DNA of 43,308 nt, taken from NCBI GenBank assembly GCA_000934665.2, contig JYFJ02003339.1, forward strand, positions 1 to 43,308. The letters are read 5' to 3'. The notes beneath the pieces are model-generated. The model ran no database searches. It was given only the letters and a program-made list of their open reading frames with translations, and was not told the origin of the DNA. The position numbers were made by a program, and so were the translations under genes. How positions within the stretch are numbered: the stretch's first letter is position 1; each line of letters starts with the position of its first letter. Positions 27,501 through 41,217 of this stretch are shown here, piece after piece. The stretch comes from Catajapyx aquilonaris. Taxonomy: Eukaryota.

Positions 27501-29259
27501 CAGGATTTACCCACGAGCAAAACCGACCAGACAGGGACCAATACGTTAAAATTAACTTTGCCAACGTCCTGACAGGTATGTACGGTAAAACATGTACCTA
27601 CAGCGCTACAAGTGTAGCAATATCTTGGAAAATAATTAACTAATCAATAGTGGAGGAAATTATTTAGATTTTGGTCTACCTGTGTTTCATAAAGGTGTGA
27701 ACTTGAGGTTATACTAGTTGCAAGACTATCAGCACGTCGTAATAACAGTATGATTAATCACAAATCCATAATAAATATTTTCAGGGAAAGAAAATAACTT
27801 TCAGATTTGCGACTGGAGTGAATGTCAGGTACTCAACACATCATACGACTTCAGTAAGTGCCGCTCACATACGTACAGATAAATATCACTGGCATTAATT
27901 CTGACCGTTCATATTCCATTATTATGCACATTAATTATCAGCAGAGTTATGTGATAACATGTTAATAGTGTAATTATTTCAATTAGTAAATATTTCAGAT
28001 TCTATAATGCACTACCCTCCAGAGGCATTTGCCGTTAACACGAGTATTCCAACGATAACAATTATTACACCAGGGGTGACATGGGGCCCTCAGGATAAAT
28101 TGACACCGGTAAGCATGTCAGCACAAATGGTAAGTTACAGTAGTAGGCTTCAGTACCATACGTTTTGTGGAGTACTAGCTAGACTCTACCTAGTCTACCA
28201 TGTCTATGAATATTGGTGGTACAGTACAGGATTTTTTTTAAAGCGAATAAGCATCACATACAGATGTAGAAACTAACGTAAGTCCAAGCCTCTTTCTTCT
28301 CCAGACTGATCTCTTGAAGCTGAGTCGACTTTACCAATGTGATCCAGATTCAAAGCCGCTGGCTGCAGAGTCTGTAGGTATATGCAGTTGTTGTGGTAAT
28401 ACTCCGCGTCTGGGAGGCTATCAATTTATTTGCTTTGTGGTACAGCAAGAGGTACGATTTTATACTTTCTGGCAGTGATTATAAAATATTTCGTACTACC
28501 ATGTTAAAATCTGTTCTAAGTGGCAATGGTCCTGCCAGTTATTTATTGATGCAACTAAAATACAAGCAATATTATTGTTCATTCTTGCAGGGTTTCTAAT
28601 GAAGTGCAGAGATATGCACAGCAGATGCAAAGAATATAAACAACACGGATCCTGCGAGACAACTAGAGAAGGAATGTGGATGGGAACATTCTGTCGTAAA
28701 ACCTGTGGATATTGTGGTAAGTTGCGTGTTTCATCTGCCAGAAATTCGCTTAATTAACGAAATTAATTAGGCCAATCAAATGCTTGCATACAGTTTAATA
28801 TTTTAAACCGCAGTTTTACAGTCGTGCAGAAACAATTTTGCTATTGCACGTAATTGCCAACTTGCTTCTTTTTCTTTACTTCTCATTTCAGTTCCTCCTT
28901 GCGAAAATCTCAACGACAAATGTATCCAATGGGCCCAAAACGGAGACTGCACAAGCAATTCTGATCTCATGGAGATTTTATGCCCCAAGATTTGCAATAC
29001 TTGTGATAAAGGTAAGTTTCCAACAATTAGGGAGTTTCTTTACGAGAAAGGAATTGAATTCTTGTCTTTGATCAGGAAAAAAAATCGTCTCTGAGTAGGC
29101 TACTATAAAGTTATTTATTATGATGATTTCAATAATAGCATACAATAATAGTTGAGTGAAACTGTGATGCTGATTTAATAATTTTGCCCACTTTATCGCT
29201 TTATCATGACAGTGTAAGAGTCAATAATAGGCTAGAATGATGATAGAAAATTCCAATCT

Positions 29260-29337
<78 letters not shown>

Positions 29338-29506
29338 TCATAATTTTACAGACCTTCCATGCAAAATTGACATTGCCAACGACTGTCGACAGTCGGCATT
29401 GTTAGGTGGTTGCGACAGAATGCCTGACTTCATGTCCGTTTATTGCCGGAAGTCCTGCTCTGTCCGTAAGTACTACGAGTTAATTACTTCTACCACACAA
29501 TATCTC

Positions 29507-29580
<74 letters not shown>

Positions 29581-30136
29581 TGTATCACTTACTGTGGAGA
29601 ACTATTACTTCATTGCCAAACTGACTGTAGTGGAATTAACAGAGTTTTGATGGCAAAATGGCCCATTGACCATTAGCAACAGACGTGAATAATATGGTAG
29701 AATTCTTTTCCAAGATTAAGAACATAATTATGAATGTCACACAATCTAATATTAGCAGCTAATACTTTTGATAACGAGAATTAGTCTAGAAGCAACTGAT
29801 TAATAATAATAAGCCACTTAATTCTCTGGGCAAGCAGGCACCACGGGGCTTTTATAATATAGGAAGGATAATAATAATCATCATTACACCAGCTCATTCC
29901 CTCTGTCTTTCAGAATTTTGTGAAAGCATACCATCAGACTCAACAGGCTGCAACGGGTGCCCAATGCAGCCTGCCATTCGATTCTTTGGTACGTAGGCTA
30001 CACGAAACTTATGGGGCTCTAATTTGCTAGAACCCTGAACTCCAGAAGGTTCATAATGTTCTACTTTTGGTCCATTGCAGAAAGAATCACAGAAAATCTC
30101 AAAAATCATGATAAAAGTGTTAGAGACTACCACTAA
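24516..30136 (+). CDS. Astacin-3xShK metalloprotease copy 4 (14 exons, apparently intact)
   Basis: [55 protein letters not shown] from 27482; SIMHYPPEAF; three ShK domains; TAA at 30134-30136. Confidence 0.9.
25235..25670. mobile_element. Transib-like MITE with CACAGTG termini
   Basis: Ends CACAGTGCTCCAGAAT / ATTATGGAGCACTGTG with ~40-bp imperfect TIRs; flanks AGTCG/CGTCG; empty site in copy 6 at about 37082-37086; internal 20-bp x3 tandem repeat at 25481-25540. Confidence 0.82.
25870..26355. mobile_element. Old DNA-transposon remnant shared by copies 4 and 6
   Basis: Repeated ACAATCTCACCCCGTTTAACGG-TA-like motif and its inverse GGGGTGAAATTGTG; also present at about 37275-38137. Confidence 0.45.
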
Positions 30137-30345
30137 TAATAAACCCAAATTGTAACTAAAGTCCTAACTGAAGAAAGTGTCTTCATCTCTTTTTGTTCAA
30201 GTCCTGCATGATTATTGTTATTGTCTTATTGATTCGATAATGTAATATCTGCAATTATTTTGGATACGCATTCCAGTGGTTATTGTGTTTTGATGCAACA
30301 TGCTGAATAACATGCATCTTCAATAATAATATATTCTGACTTCGT

Positions 30346-30794
30346 CTACTCTTGGTCTACTCTAAGGTGGTTTGGCCATGTGGAGAGGATGAAGGAGGAG
30401 GAGATTGTGAAGAAGGTTTATTTGGGTGGAGTTGTTGGTAAGAGGGGCAAGGGTAGGCCTAGGAAGACATGGTTGGACCAGGTGGGCCAGTGTCTTAAGG
30501 GTGTTGCTAGTGTTAAGCCGAGACGTTCTTGTGTCAATAGGACCATGGACGTGGCTGAGGCTAGGGTTGTTTGTTTGGATAGGTGTAAATGGCGTAGGTT
30601 AATTAATGGGTAAATAGGTAAATATGTCTGAGGATAAGGTGATGTCTGAGGTGGGCAGGGGTGGGGGGTGGGACAGGTTGTTTTTAGGTTTATTCTCATG
30701 AGTTTTATTAGTTCATATGTTGGGTTAGCTTGCGTCTCCCTTCATCGCTGACTACCCCTCATAGGGAAATGTCGTGATGTTGTTGTTGTTGTTT
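30346..30794 (+). mobile_element. 5'-truncated RTE-clade LINE 3' end with target site duplication
   Basis: LRWFGHVERM..KRGKGRPRKTWLDQV..DRCKWR is a typical RTE ORF C-terminus; (GTT)n tail; duplication TGACTTCGT at 30337-30345 and 30795-30803; empty site downstream of copy 3 at about 22560. Confidence 0.92.
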
Positions 30795-31166
30795 TGACTT
30801 CGTATAATAAATAGCAAAATCCCAGCCTACTTTCAAATAATTTTATACCAGGATTCCCAATAGGTGATCCTGCTGCTGTACGGAGCCCAGCATAAAATGT
30901 GACGTTATAATGATACTTGTATTCCAACTCATTCTGGTGTGTGGGACGTGGGTTACTTAGACTAGATCGTTCTCTGTAAACGAAGGGAGTAAAAATGTCA
31001 AACCTGTTATTACGTCACTGATGAATTACACTTTGAGTGCTATCACTACGTGCATATAATGCACAATGCATTACGATGTTCGGACTAAAATTACAGCTAC
31101 ATGCCTTGATAGTAGGCTATAGCCTTGTAGTATACTACTACAGCATTGCTGAGCTCGGCTTTCGCA

Positions 31167-31853
31167 ATGAACCATCGGAGTCTCCTGATCCTTATTATTA
31201 GAGCGAGCTGTGCAAGTGGAGTCATGAAACTCAGTCAGCTGGGTTTGCCAGAGGGGGTAAGATAAATGATGTAATTCGATGAAAGATAATATGTAAACAT
31301 GTCCTGCAGCAATATATGTAATTATTTCTTCTACTTTAAATGCGGCTGGGCATGGTAACAAGCTTCCCGAAATGATTCGGCTCATCTCTTCAGTTGCAAT
31401 AAGTAACATTTAAAAAATAATATGTAACATAAAATTCCTACATAACCGAAGAAATCATGCTACATCAAAGTATGCATATTCACCCAAATCACGAGGACAG
31501 TATGACATTTTCTATGAATGCAAATGGTATACTTTTTGATTTTTCGGATACATGTATACAGCTAGACGATGTGATACCAGGAGAGCCCCTTAGTCCTGAC
31601 GACTGTGTTAAGCCTGCAGGCGGACGTAAGTGTCCCTCTTAAGTTTGCCTACCAGAAACTACTAAACACTGTGAGAGAGTGCAACATATCCATCATATAC
31701 GTATTATTGCTTTCCAATGTTAGGAAAGACAATATAACATTCTACACTTCTACAGCATATGTTATCCTTTGGTTTTAGCCTTATTATTCTCACCGTACAA
31801 AGAAGCTGATCAACCTGAAATGGAAAATGAAGATGACATCATAGAAGATTTTC

Positions 31854-31931
<78 letters not shown>

Positions 31932-34900
31932 TGTCTTGCATTTAAATCATTACACAGCAATATTTTTTATAGTTTCGAAATGCAGTCAGAGATAGAAAAT
32001 GGCCCAATGGAATAATTCCCTACGAAATTGACCCGAGTTTCGGTAAGTTTGAATCACACGTACGTCAAAGGCAGCATAGAGTGAGAAAAAAATTATGTGG
32101 CGCATTACTGTGTTATTATTTTTATTATTTTACTACCCTTTCCAACTATCATTTACTTTGATTTCAGGCCCCGCACAACGTTACCGGTTTTGTCAAGCGA
32201 TGGAAGTGTATCATAATGTATCTTGCATCCGATTCAAACCCCGAATCACCGAAAAAGATTTCGTCTATTTATTTTCAACAAACGAAAAGTAAATACCGTG
32301 TGTTTCACAAAAGTTTCAGATAAACTTTTAGGTCTTACTCTGGACGTCCGAGGATATCTTTGTGGAGAGCCATCATATGATTTGTGCTGCATTGTAACAA
32401 AGAAACGCCCTTGAAATTCACACTCCAGTATTAAATTCTTTAAACTTTCAAATGCCATGGGAAAAAGTATAATAAGATTAATGCACTTATTAATAATATT
32501 AATATCTCACTCAGAATTCAGCGGTAGTCAACACAAAAAAGACACTCTGGTGACATGAGATCTCGGTCTAAATGTTTATCTGCATCATCATGAAACGACA
32601 TGTTCCTTAATTGCTTCTTTCTGATTGTTGTACATGCTCTAAATTTGCATTGTTCCTTGCCAGGACATGTTCCAGTAGTATAGGTAACCAGAAAAGAGGT
32701 CGTCACCTTGTGTCCTTGCATATGGCATGTTTCCTACTAAACCCGATGGGAACCCTGGTTCATGAATTCATGCACACTATGGGATTTGACCACGAGCAAA
32801 ACCGGCCGGACAGAGACAGCTACGTTGAAATTAACTTTAAAAACATTCAACCAGGTATGTATACAGTACCTCAAACCCTGAAACGATCTGTGGAATCTAT
32901 CATGAAAATATTTTGTGACAATATAATATTATCACGCAGTAACGAAATTCATCTATTAATCTGATTTATTAGACATTTATCAATGCTGATTATTTTCAGG
33001 GGCGGAAGGAGCCTTTGCTCTCTGCGATTGGAATGTATGTGATACACTCAACGTTCCGTACGATTATCGTGAGTGCAACATTTACACCACTTTTGGAGTA
33101 CTATAGTGATGACGTTTAATTTTATGTCACAACTCAGCATTCTTATATTAATGCGGTTTTCTAACATATCCATCGTGTAATACTGTAATTGGTACTGAAG
33201 TGCAATGATTAACGATGTTTGGTTTTTCTCTCAGAGTAACATTGCGGGTCTCAAATCACGTTTCAGATTCAGTACTTCACTACGCCCCAAACGCATTTGC
33301 CATTGATAGTAGCATCCCTACAATTAAAGTTCTTCAGCCAGGTGAATCCGTAGGGACGCCGACTAATCTGACCGAGGTAGACCAATGAGTAGGTTACGCA
33401 GGAAGAGATTGTTACTAACAGCCCCTCCTGCATTTCCAGTATGATCTCTTAAAAATCAATCGCCTCTACGAATGCAGTAATTTGCAATCTCGGCCGACTC
33501 CACAACAACTAGGTAAACTGATAGAGGATGGTTTAGTATATACAATCTTAAGCTCCAAAATCTTTTCCACAAATTTATCATTTAAAATTTTGACCCACCC
33601 ATTATGTTCTTCATTCTGGTATTAGCATTACTTTCACTTCAGTTTCATCCATGCTAATTACGAGTACGATTGATCAGTTTCCTTCTCGTGAACTTTTAAT
33701 CTGCCAGTACAGTCATCACTGCCAAAAAAATCATTTGTTTTTTTTTGCAATATTATTTCATTATCCTTTCAAAACATCATACTCACGTCAATCCTGTCAT
33801 GAATGTGGTTAACAAAGACACGAATATTACAGCAGCAACCAAAATATCATTTCACAGGGTTGCAAAAAGAGTGCAAAGATTATCACAGCAAGTGCACAGT
33901 GTTCAAAAATGAAGGAGCTTGCGAGAACATCAAACAAAAAGGTTGGATGGCCATAAGCTGTCGAAAAACTTGCGGATTATGTGGTAAGTCAGAAAATAAC
34001 TGTCTCGTTATAACCTTTGTTGAGTCCTGATGATCTCATCACGTACGGAAAGGTCTGGGCAAATATTTTATTCAGCGCTTTTGAAGGAATGTCAAGGAAT
34101 TTACGACAATAATGATTTAAAATAGTCTACCATTCTACTCATACATGCAGAATTATTTTCTTTACATAAGTTTTTACAACATTGACTTAATTGTACGACG
34201 TCCCTTTTTCAGATGAAAAATGCGTTGATACACACTCAAAATGTTCCGAGTGGGACAAAAAAGGGGCGTGCAAACGTATGCCTGCGTACATGGCGATTGT
34301 CTGCCCGAAAAGCTGCAGAGCATGTAAAGGTAATGCTGAGCTTTCATATTCGTACATTGCAACATTTTTAGAAATGAATTTGTAATAACAAGAAAGCACC
34401 ACAATAATAAATTGATATGAAAACTGTGTTTCCTTGAGATATTTTATACACACTATATCAGAGTACAGACTAGAAACACTTCTCAGACGTGTTTAATTGT
34501 AATAACTAATAAGGAATGTTTGAAAACGTTGCATTATTTTCATTGTTATGAATGTTTTCCATACAGAGATACTGAGCGTGACGTATCTTCAATAAAGTAA
34601 TTGTCATTTCAGGGGTTCCATGCATGGATACTGGCAGCAACTGCAAGGAGTTGGCGGACATGAATGGCTGCGAGAAAATGCCGGAGTATATGAACATTTA
34701 CTGCCGGAAAACATGCCCTCCTTTTGGTACGTTCTATGTAGAGTACTGTGTTGGACATTAATCGCGTCATATACTGCATGCGACATTTTCTGATGCGCCA
34801 GAAGTGCACATCGAAGTGATAGAGACGTGCGAGTAAGAAGACGTAGGCCTTGAGTGACGTCATCGGCTGGATGGAAATGGAGAAAACGCTTGTCCCCAGC

Positions 34901-35564
34901 CAGTGACGTCACCCAAGGGCTACCATTTCTTACTCGCATGGCTTGCACTCTTATCACTTCAATTTGCATGTCTGCCGCAGCGGAAATATCGCTAGCAGTA
35001 TGACGGAATTAAGACCACCACTGTACCACTTGAAAATCTCAATGTAAGCTTATATGAGACATAATTATTTGCAATAGCAGTCTAAGTCACCATTTCATTG
35101 TCAGATTTAACACACTTTAAGAGTAAACTTCGTCGTAGGACATCATCAATATTGTCATCGTTCTCATCGTTACCTCAATTACATTAGATTATTCTTATAT
35201 ATTTCTGATTTCAATAGGTATTGTGTCCGACACAAAATACCCATTGAAATCAGAAACTTGGAATAAATCTCTCGACAAACAGGCACAATATGGCTTTTAT
35301 AATGTGAGAAAATATGCATCATAATTACACACCAGCGTTTTCCTCTCTGCCGTTCAGAGTTTTGTGACAGCCGACCATCAGACTGCAATGGATGCCCAAT
35401 GGAGTCCCTAATTGGATTCTTTGGTAACTTACGTTCTCCGGTACTCGTGCATTCCTCTAATAACATATGTAATGGTTTTAATGCTTCTTTTGTCGATTGC
35501 AGAAAGAATCACTGGAAACCTGAAGAACTATGATAAAAAGATGAGGGACTACTACTACTACTGA
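31167..35564 (+). CDS. Astacin-3xShK metalloprotease copy 5 (divergent type; exon 3 donor replaced by (AAT)25)
   Basis: MNHRSLLILIIRASCASG; FR|NAVRDRKWPNGIIPY at 31973; [19 protein letters not shown] from 32761; SVLHY at 33269-33283; three ShK domains; TGA at 35562-35564. Functionality is uncertain because of intron 3. Confidence 0.82.
34746..35023. mobile_element. Fold-back MITE, same family as 9745-10027
   Basis: TA-CTGTGTTGGACATTAATCGCGTC...GACGGAATTAAGACCACCACTG-TA with long inverted arms. Confidence 0.88.
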
Positions 35565-36372
35565 ATCCAATTGATGTGTAATCGTATACATGCCAACAGC
35601 GGACTGTTTAGGCTACCTCTCATTTGTTCAAGTCCATCAGAATGATGGATTATTCGACAACCAATTTTTTTACGTAACCATCTTGAAGGTATTCCAGCAG
35701 TGTCTGTGTTTTAATTCTGCATCCTGTGTAATATTCACCTTGAGTATTTCTGACTCTGGTGTTTCAACCTTTTCTTTGTAAAAAGTCCGTAAATGACATA
35801 ATTTAGCTGCACCGTTATTTTCGTCAGTTTAAAAACCGTACAGTCATATAGGATATAGTCTATGTACATGAAACATCTGTTGTTGCAAATAATTAATGTA
35901 ATAATTTTATAATAAACCTAGTTGCAATATTTGAAGTATATAAGCCGTGAGTTTTTATTAATTCCCTTCGCCACAGCCTGTATTTATTTCCCAAAGTAAA
36001 TATCCAAAAATGTAAGATATATACGTTTCAACTTCTGATGCTACAAGGATGATATGACTAACTCTTCAGTCCCATATGATGACATACATTATACAAATAC
36101 AAAAATTAAATAACAAACATATTTACGTATATTAGGTCTACAGTATTTTTGATTACGTATTATGAAGATTTAAAAATTTTATAACCTTTTATTTATAGAT
36201 CATACTTTTATTACGTCAGTCTGGAATTACGTGAGAAGTACTGTACTATCACTGCTTACACAATTGCCCCCAGAGAATAGGTCTATTCATACCACAGCAC
36301 ATGCAAATAAGTTGTAAGCATACTCAGTCAAGTGCAAGATATCAACAGCTGAGTTCTGTAAATAATTTTGCA

Positions 36373-38632
36373 ATGAACTATTGGAGCCTGGTGGTAATTA
36401 TTATTACAGCCATATGTGCAAGTGGAGCCATTACACTCAAGGATTTGGGTATACCGGAAAAAGAGGTAAGATCTCTATATAATGAAATGTTTTCTTTAAA
36501 ATGTGAACGTACGTATGGATTTTCATTATCCTACATACGAGTATTACTGTATTATCTACACATCAGCTGCAGAAATTTCTAATTACGTATTTCCTCACAT
36601 TCAACACGTTATCGAATTGTGAATAAGTTACATAACATAATTTAGGATTAATTATCATCAGTTTTTAAGGGAATTGTAATAAACTACAGTATGCGTCCTA
36701 AAACGGACGTTTTATACGCACACACTATAAAGAAAATGAGCTCAAATTAGTTGAAAAGTGCGACGGTGAATGTAAACAATGAGATCAATAAAGTAATTAC
36801 GTAAATATACTGGTTCCAATGAATGTCTGTAGCCAGGAGATGAAGTAGCCGGACCACCGCTGAATATTGACGACTGCACTCAAGAAAACGGAACAAGACC
36901 TTGTGAGTGAACGACTTATTATTGTTCATTTTCAGTAAAAATGAACACCAGATGTTGGAGAGTTTGTGTTCTTTTGTTCTACAACATTATTTTTTGATCT
37001 GTTTCATTGACATCTAAAATACTCGTCAGCGTAATCATAATTATGCTGATTTTTATCTGCACGTGTAGTGACACAAATAACGGTCGGCCCTCGCTACAAC
37101 AATACTAGAATGGAAACAAGCCATGCAAGGTTAAAATTCAGCAAAAAAAAAAAAAACAATCTCATTTTCATTCCGCCTATAATAATGATTTAAAATTTCT
37201 AAACCCTGCAATATTCAATTGGAGCATTCTCTATTTCTTTGTATGCATCATAACGAAGTATGAATGCCCAAGATAACACCTCTCGTTAACTGTTATATTT
37301 TTTAATCTATTTGCACCATGTCACTGGAGGATCCATTGCAATGGTCGTACGAGATGACCAGGTGAATGTACCTGGTCATCGCTGGCAATGACATTTTGGG
37401 GAAATGCTGCGATTGATTGTGATTGTGATATTGTGAATGTGATTGCACCGTGTTTCAAAAAAAAAGTTTTTTTTCGCATATTGAAGATGCTAATTTTTAC
37501 GCACAATATACCCATGACTCGTTTTCTATTCATTTCAAGCATTTAAATAGGCTGGCCAAATCTCACCCCACTCGACGGGGTGAAATTGTGGCACGGAAAG
37601 TCATTTATATCTCCCCTCTTTTAATATAGACAAAATATTGGGGGAGGTGTGGTGGCCGTGATGGTAACGTCTGGGCTTGCTGAGTGAAAGGCCCCAGGTT
37701 CGATCCCCGCCTGGGGAACTTTCCTTTCACCTGGGTCGGGAGGGTCTCTGACCTGCACCAAGGAGGTGTCTGGCAACCTAACCTCCTGGGGGACAGCACA
37801 TGACCCATTTGTAGACATTGCACTTGCACCTATGTTCCCTCCCCAAAAAATCCCTACCCCTACCCGACATCCTTGTTTCCTTGCACCGGTGAATGAAGAA
37901 AAAGTGTGTAATACACAGAGAAAACTGATGGTGGTGTGCCACCCCCCAAAGAGGTCTTTGATGCCTAGCACGGGGTATTTAAAAAAAATAGACAAAATAT
38001 TTTCACGTATGATCTGAAAGGTGAGATGTGCTGCAATGTTGTATAAAATAAAAATAACTTATTCATTCCGATATATCAATTACTCTGGTTGCAATAAAAA
38101 CCTCAAATAGTGGCACAATCTCACCGCGTTAAACGGTACAGCCTTTCAATGGCAAAAGACAGGCAGGAAAGACATTGTCAGATAGTTAAAAATTCCTCAA
38201 CTTAGCAGTGGCTCCAACTTCAAATTTTCCGTGATTGACAGTTCGAATTTTAATATTACATTCCTATAGTCTGCAAAAATTGCTGTATGGCCACACGTTC
38301 TGTTGTCAGAAAATGACAATTTCATTGCATTCCCCCGTGTAGTTAGTAGTATATGGGAAATCCCACCCAAGGCGAAGGTGGAGAGATCATCCACTCCATC
38401 CCAGACCAGAAATGGTAATCCGAACTTGAAATAAACCTAGGACATTTCTAATCTTTGGCGTGCGTGTTTCCACTGCGCCATTATTTTGTCTTCCTTAATA
38501 ATTAATGCCGTTTAATATTCCACATTATCCTTGTAGTATACGAACTTGGCAAAGAGGCTGACATCCCTCCTGACTTTGACTGGGATGACGACATCATAGA
38601 AGACTATTTGGCAGTAAGAATACACCCGCTTC

Positions 38633-38720
<88 letters not shown>

Positions 38721-41134
38721 TGCATGATCTGGATGTTGATGAGTTCCTAATTCGAGACTGACGCGATCATGATGCTAAATCACATCCTGCCTTCTTCCTC
38801 GTAATATCGAACTATTATTTCTACAGGTTAGAAATGCAGTTAAAGATTACCAGAAGGTATGGGAAGAAGGAATAATTCCCTACCAAGTTGACGTGACATT
38901 TGGTAAGTGTGGATCAGACCTGCAACAACAGAAAAAGGTTACATTGAATGATAATAATATATCCTTACTGCATTATGTGATTCTTACATGCATCGACTAT
39001 CTTCTGTGATTGAAGATGCTACCCAGCGTGGCTTGTTATGCCAGGCGATGGCGCTGTATCATAATATATCTTGCATCCGATTCAAACCCAGGACCACTGA
39101 GCCGAATTATCTCTTCATACGAACAGGAACACAAAGGTAAATAATTTATTATTTCATTATATCGTGTCACATGGTTCCGACCGGAACTTCTCATGGCATT
39201 GGTGTTACGGTCCTTGTCAGGGCTTGTGGCAGTATGGTCGGAAACCAGCGAGAGGGTCGTCAGTATATCCATCTGCACGCCGTATGTTTCTCAAGACCTG
39301 GACGAACCCTGGTTCATGAATTGATGCACACTGCAGGATTTACCCACGAGCAAAACCGACCAGACAGGGACCAATACGTAAAAATTAACTTTGACAACAT
39401 CGAGACAGGTACGTACGGTAAAATGTGTACCTACAGCGCTACAGGTGTAGCAATATCTTGGAAATTAATTAACTCATCAATAGTGGAGGAAATCATTTAG
39501 ATTTTGGTCTACCTGTGTTGCATAAAGGAGTGAACTTGACGTTACACTAGTTGCAAGACCAACAGCACGTCGTAATAACAGTATGATTAATCACAAATCC
39601 ATAATAAATATTTTTAGGGAAAGAAAAGAACTTTCAGATTTGCGACTGGAGTCAATGCCAGGTACTCAACACATCATACGACTTCAGTAAGTGCCGCCCA
39701 CATACGTACACATACATATCATTGGAATTAATTCTAACCGTTCATATTCCATCATTATGCACATTAATTATCAGCAGAGTTATGTGATAACATGTTAATA
39801 TTTTAATTATTTCAATTAATAAATATTTCAGATTCTATAATGCACTACCCTCCAGATGCATTTGCCGTTAACAAGAATATTCCAACGATAACAATTATTA
39901 CACCAGGGGTGACATGGGGCCCTCAGGATAAATTGACAGAGGTAAGCATGTCAGCACAAATGGTAAGTTACAGTAGTCGGTTACTGTATACCATACGTTT
40001 TGTGGAGTACTAGCTATACACTCTAGCTAGTCTACCATGTCTATGAATATTGGTGGTACATGATTTTTTTTAAGCGAATAAGCATCACATACAGATGATG
40101 TTGAAACTAACGTAAGTACAAACCTCTTTCTTTTCCAGACTGATCTCTTGAAGCTGAATCGCCTTTACGCATGTGATCAAGGGGGTTCAAAGAGGCTGGT
40201 TCCAGAGTCTATAGGTATGCAGATGTTGTGGTAATAAGGCTTACTTCGCGTCTGGGAGGTTATGAAATTATTTGTTGTATGGTTCAGCGAGAGGTACGAT
40301 ATTACACTTTCTGGCAATGATTATAGAATGTATGGTAGTAACATGTTAAAATCTATTCTAAGTGGCAATGGTCCTGCCAGTTATTGATGATACTATAATA
40401 CAAGCAATATTATTGTTCATTTTTGCAGGGTTTCTACTGAAGTGCAGAGATATGCACAGCAGATGCAAAGAATATAAACAACGCGGATCCTGCGAGACAA
40501 TTACGGAAAGAATTTGGATGGGAATATTCTGTCGAAAAACCTGCGGATATTGTGGTAAGTTGCGTGTTTAATCTTCTAGAAATTTGTTTCATTAACGAAA
40601 TTAATTAATTGCCAGCTTGCTTCTTTTTTTTACGTCGCACTTCAGTTCCTCCTTGCGAAAATCTCAACGACAAATGTATCCAATGGGCCAAAAACGGAAA
40701 CTGCACAAGTAATTCCGATCTCATGGAGATTTTATGCCCCAAGATTTGCAATACTTGTGATAAAGGTAAGTTTCCAACGATTAGGGAGTTTCTTTACGAG
40801 AAAGCAATTGAATTGTCTGTGATCAATAATAGTTGAGTGAAACAGTGATGCTGATTTACGTAATTTTTCCCACTTCATCGTTATATCATGACATTGTAAG
40901 AGTCAATAATAGGCTAGAATGATTATAGATAATTCAAATTTATCATCATCATCATCATCATCATCTCATAATTTTACAGACCTTCCATGCAAAATTGACA
41001 TTGCCGACGACTGTAGACAGACAGCATTTTTAGGTGGTTGCGACAGAATGTCTGACTACATGTCCGTTTACTGCCGGAATACCTGCTCTGCCCGTAAGTA
41101 CTACTACTTCATTACTTCTACCACACAATATCTC

Positions 41135-41217
<83 letters not shown>

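Noticed and set aside
35188..35217. Possible extra 30-nt phase-1 exon (DYSYIFLISI) in copy 5
   Set aside because: It has no counterpart in copies 3/4/6 and would split ShK3; it cannot be supported without transcripts.
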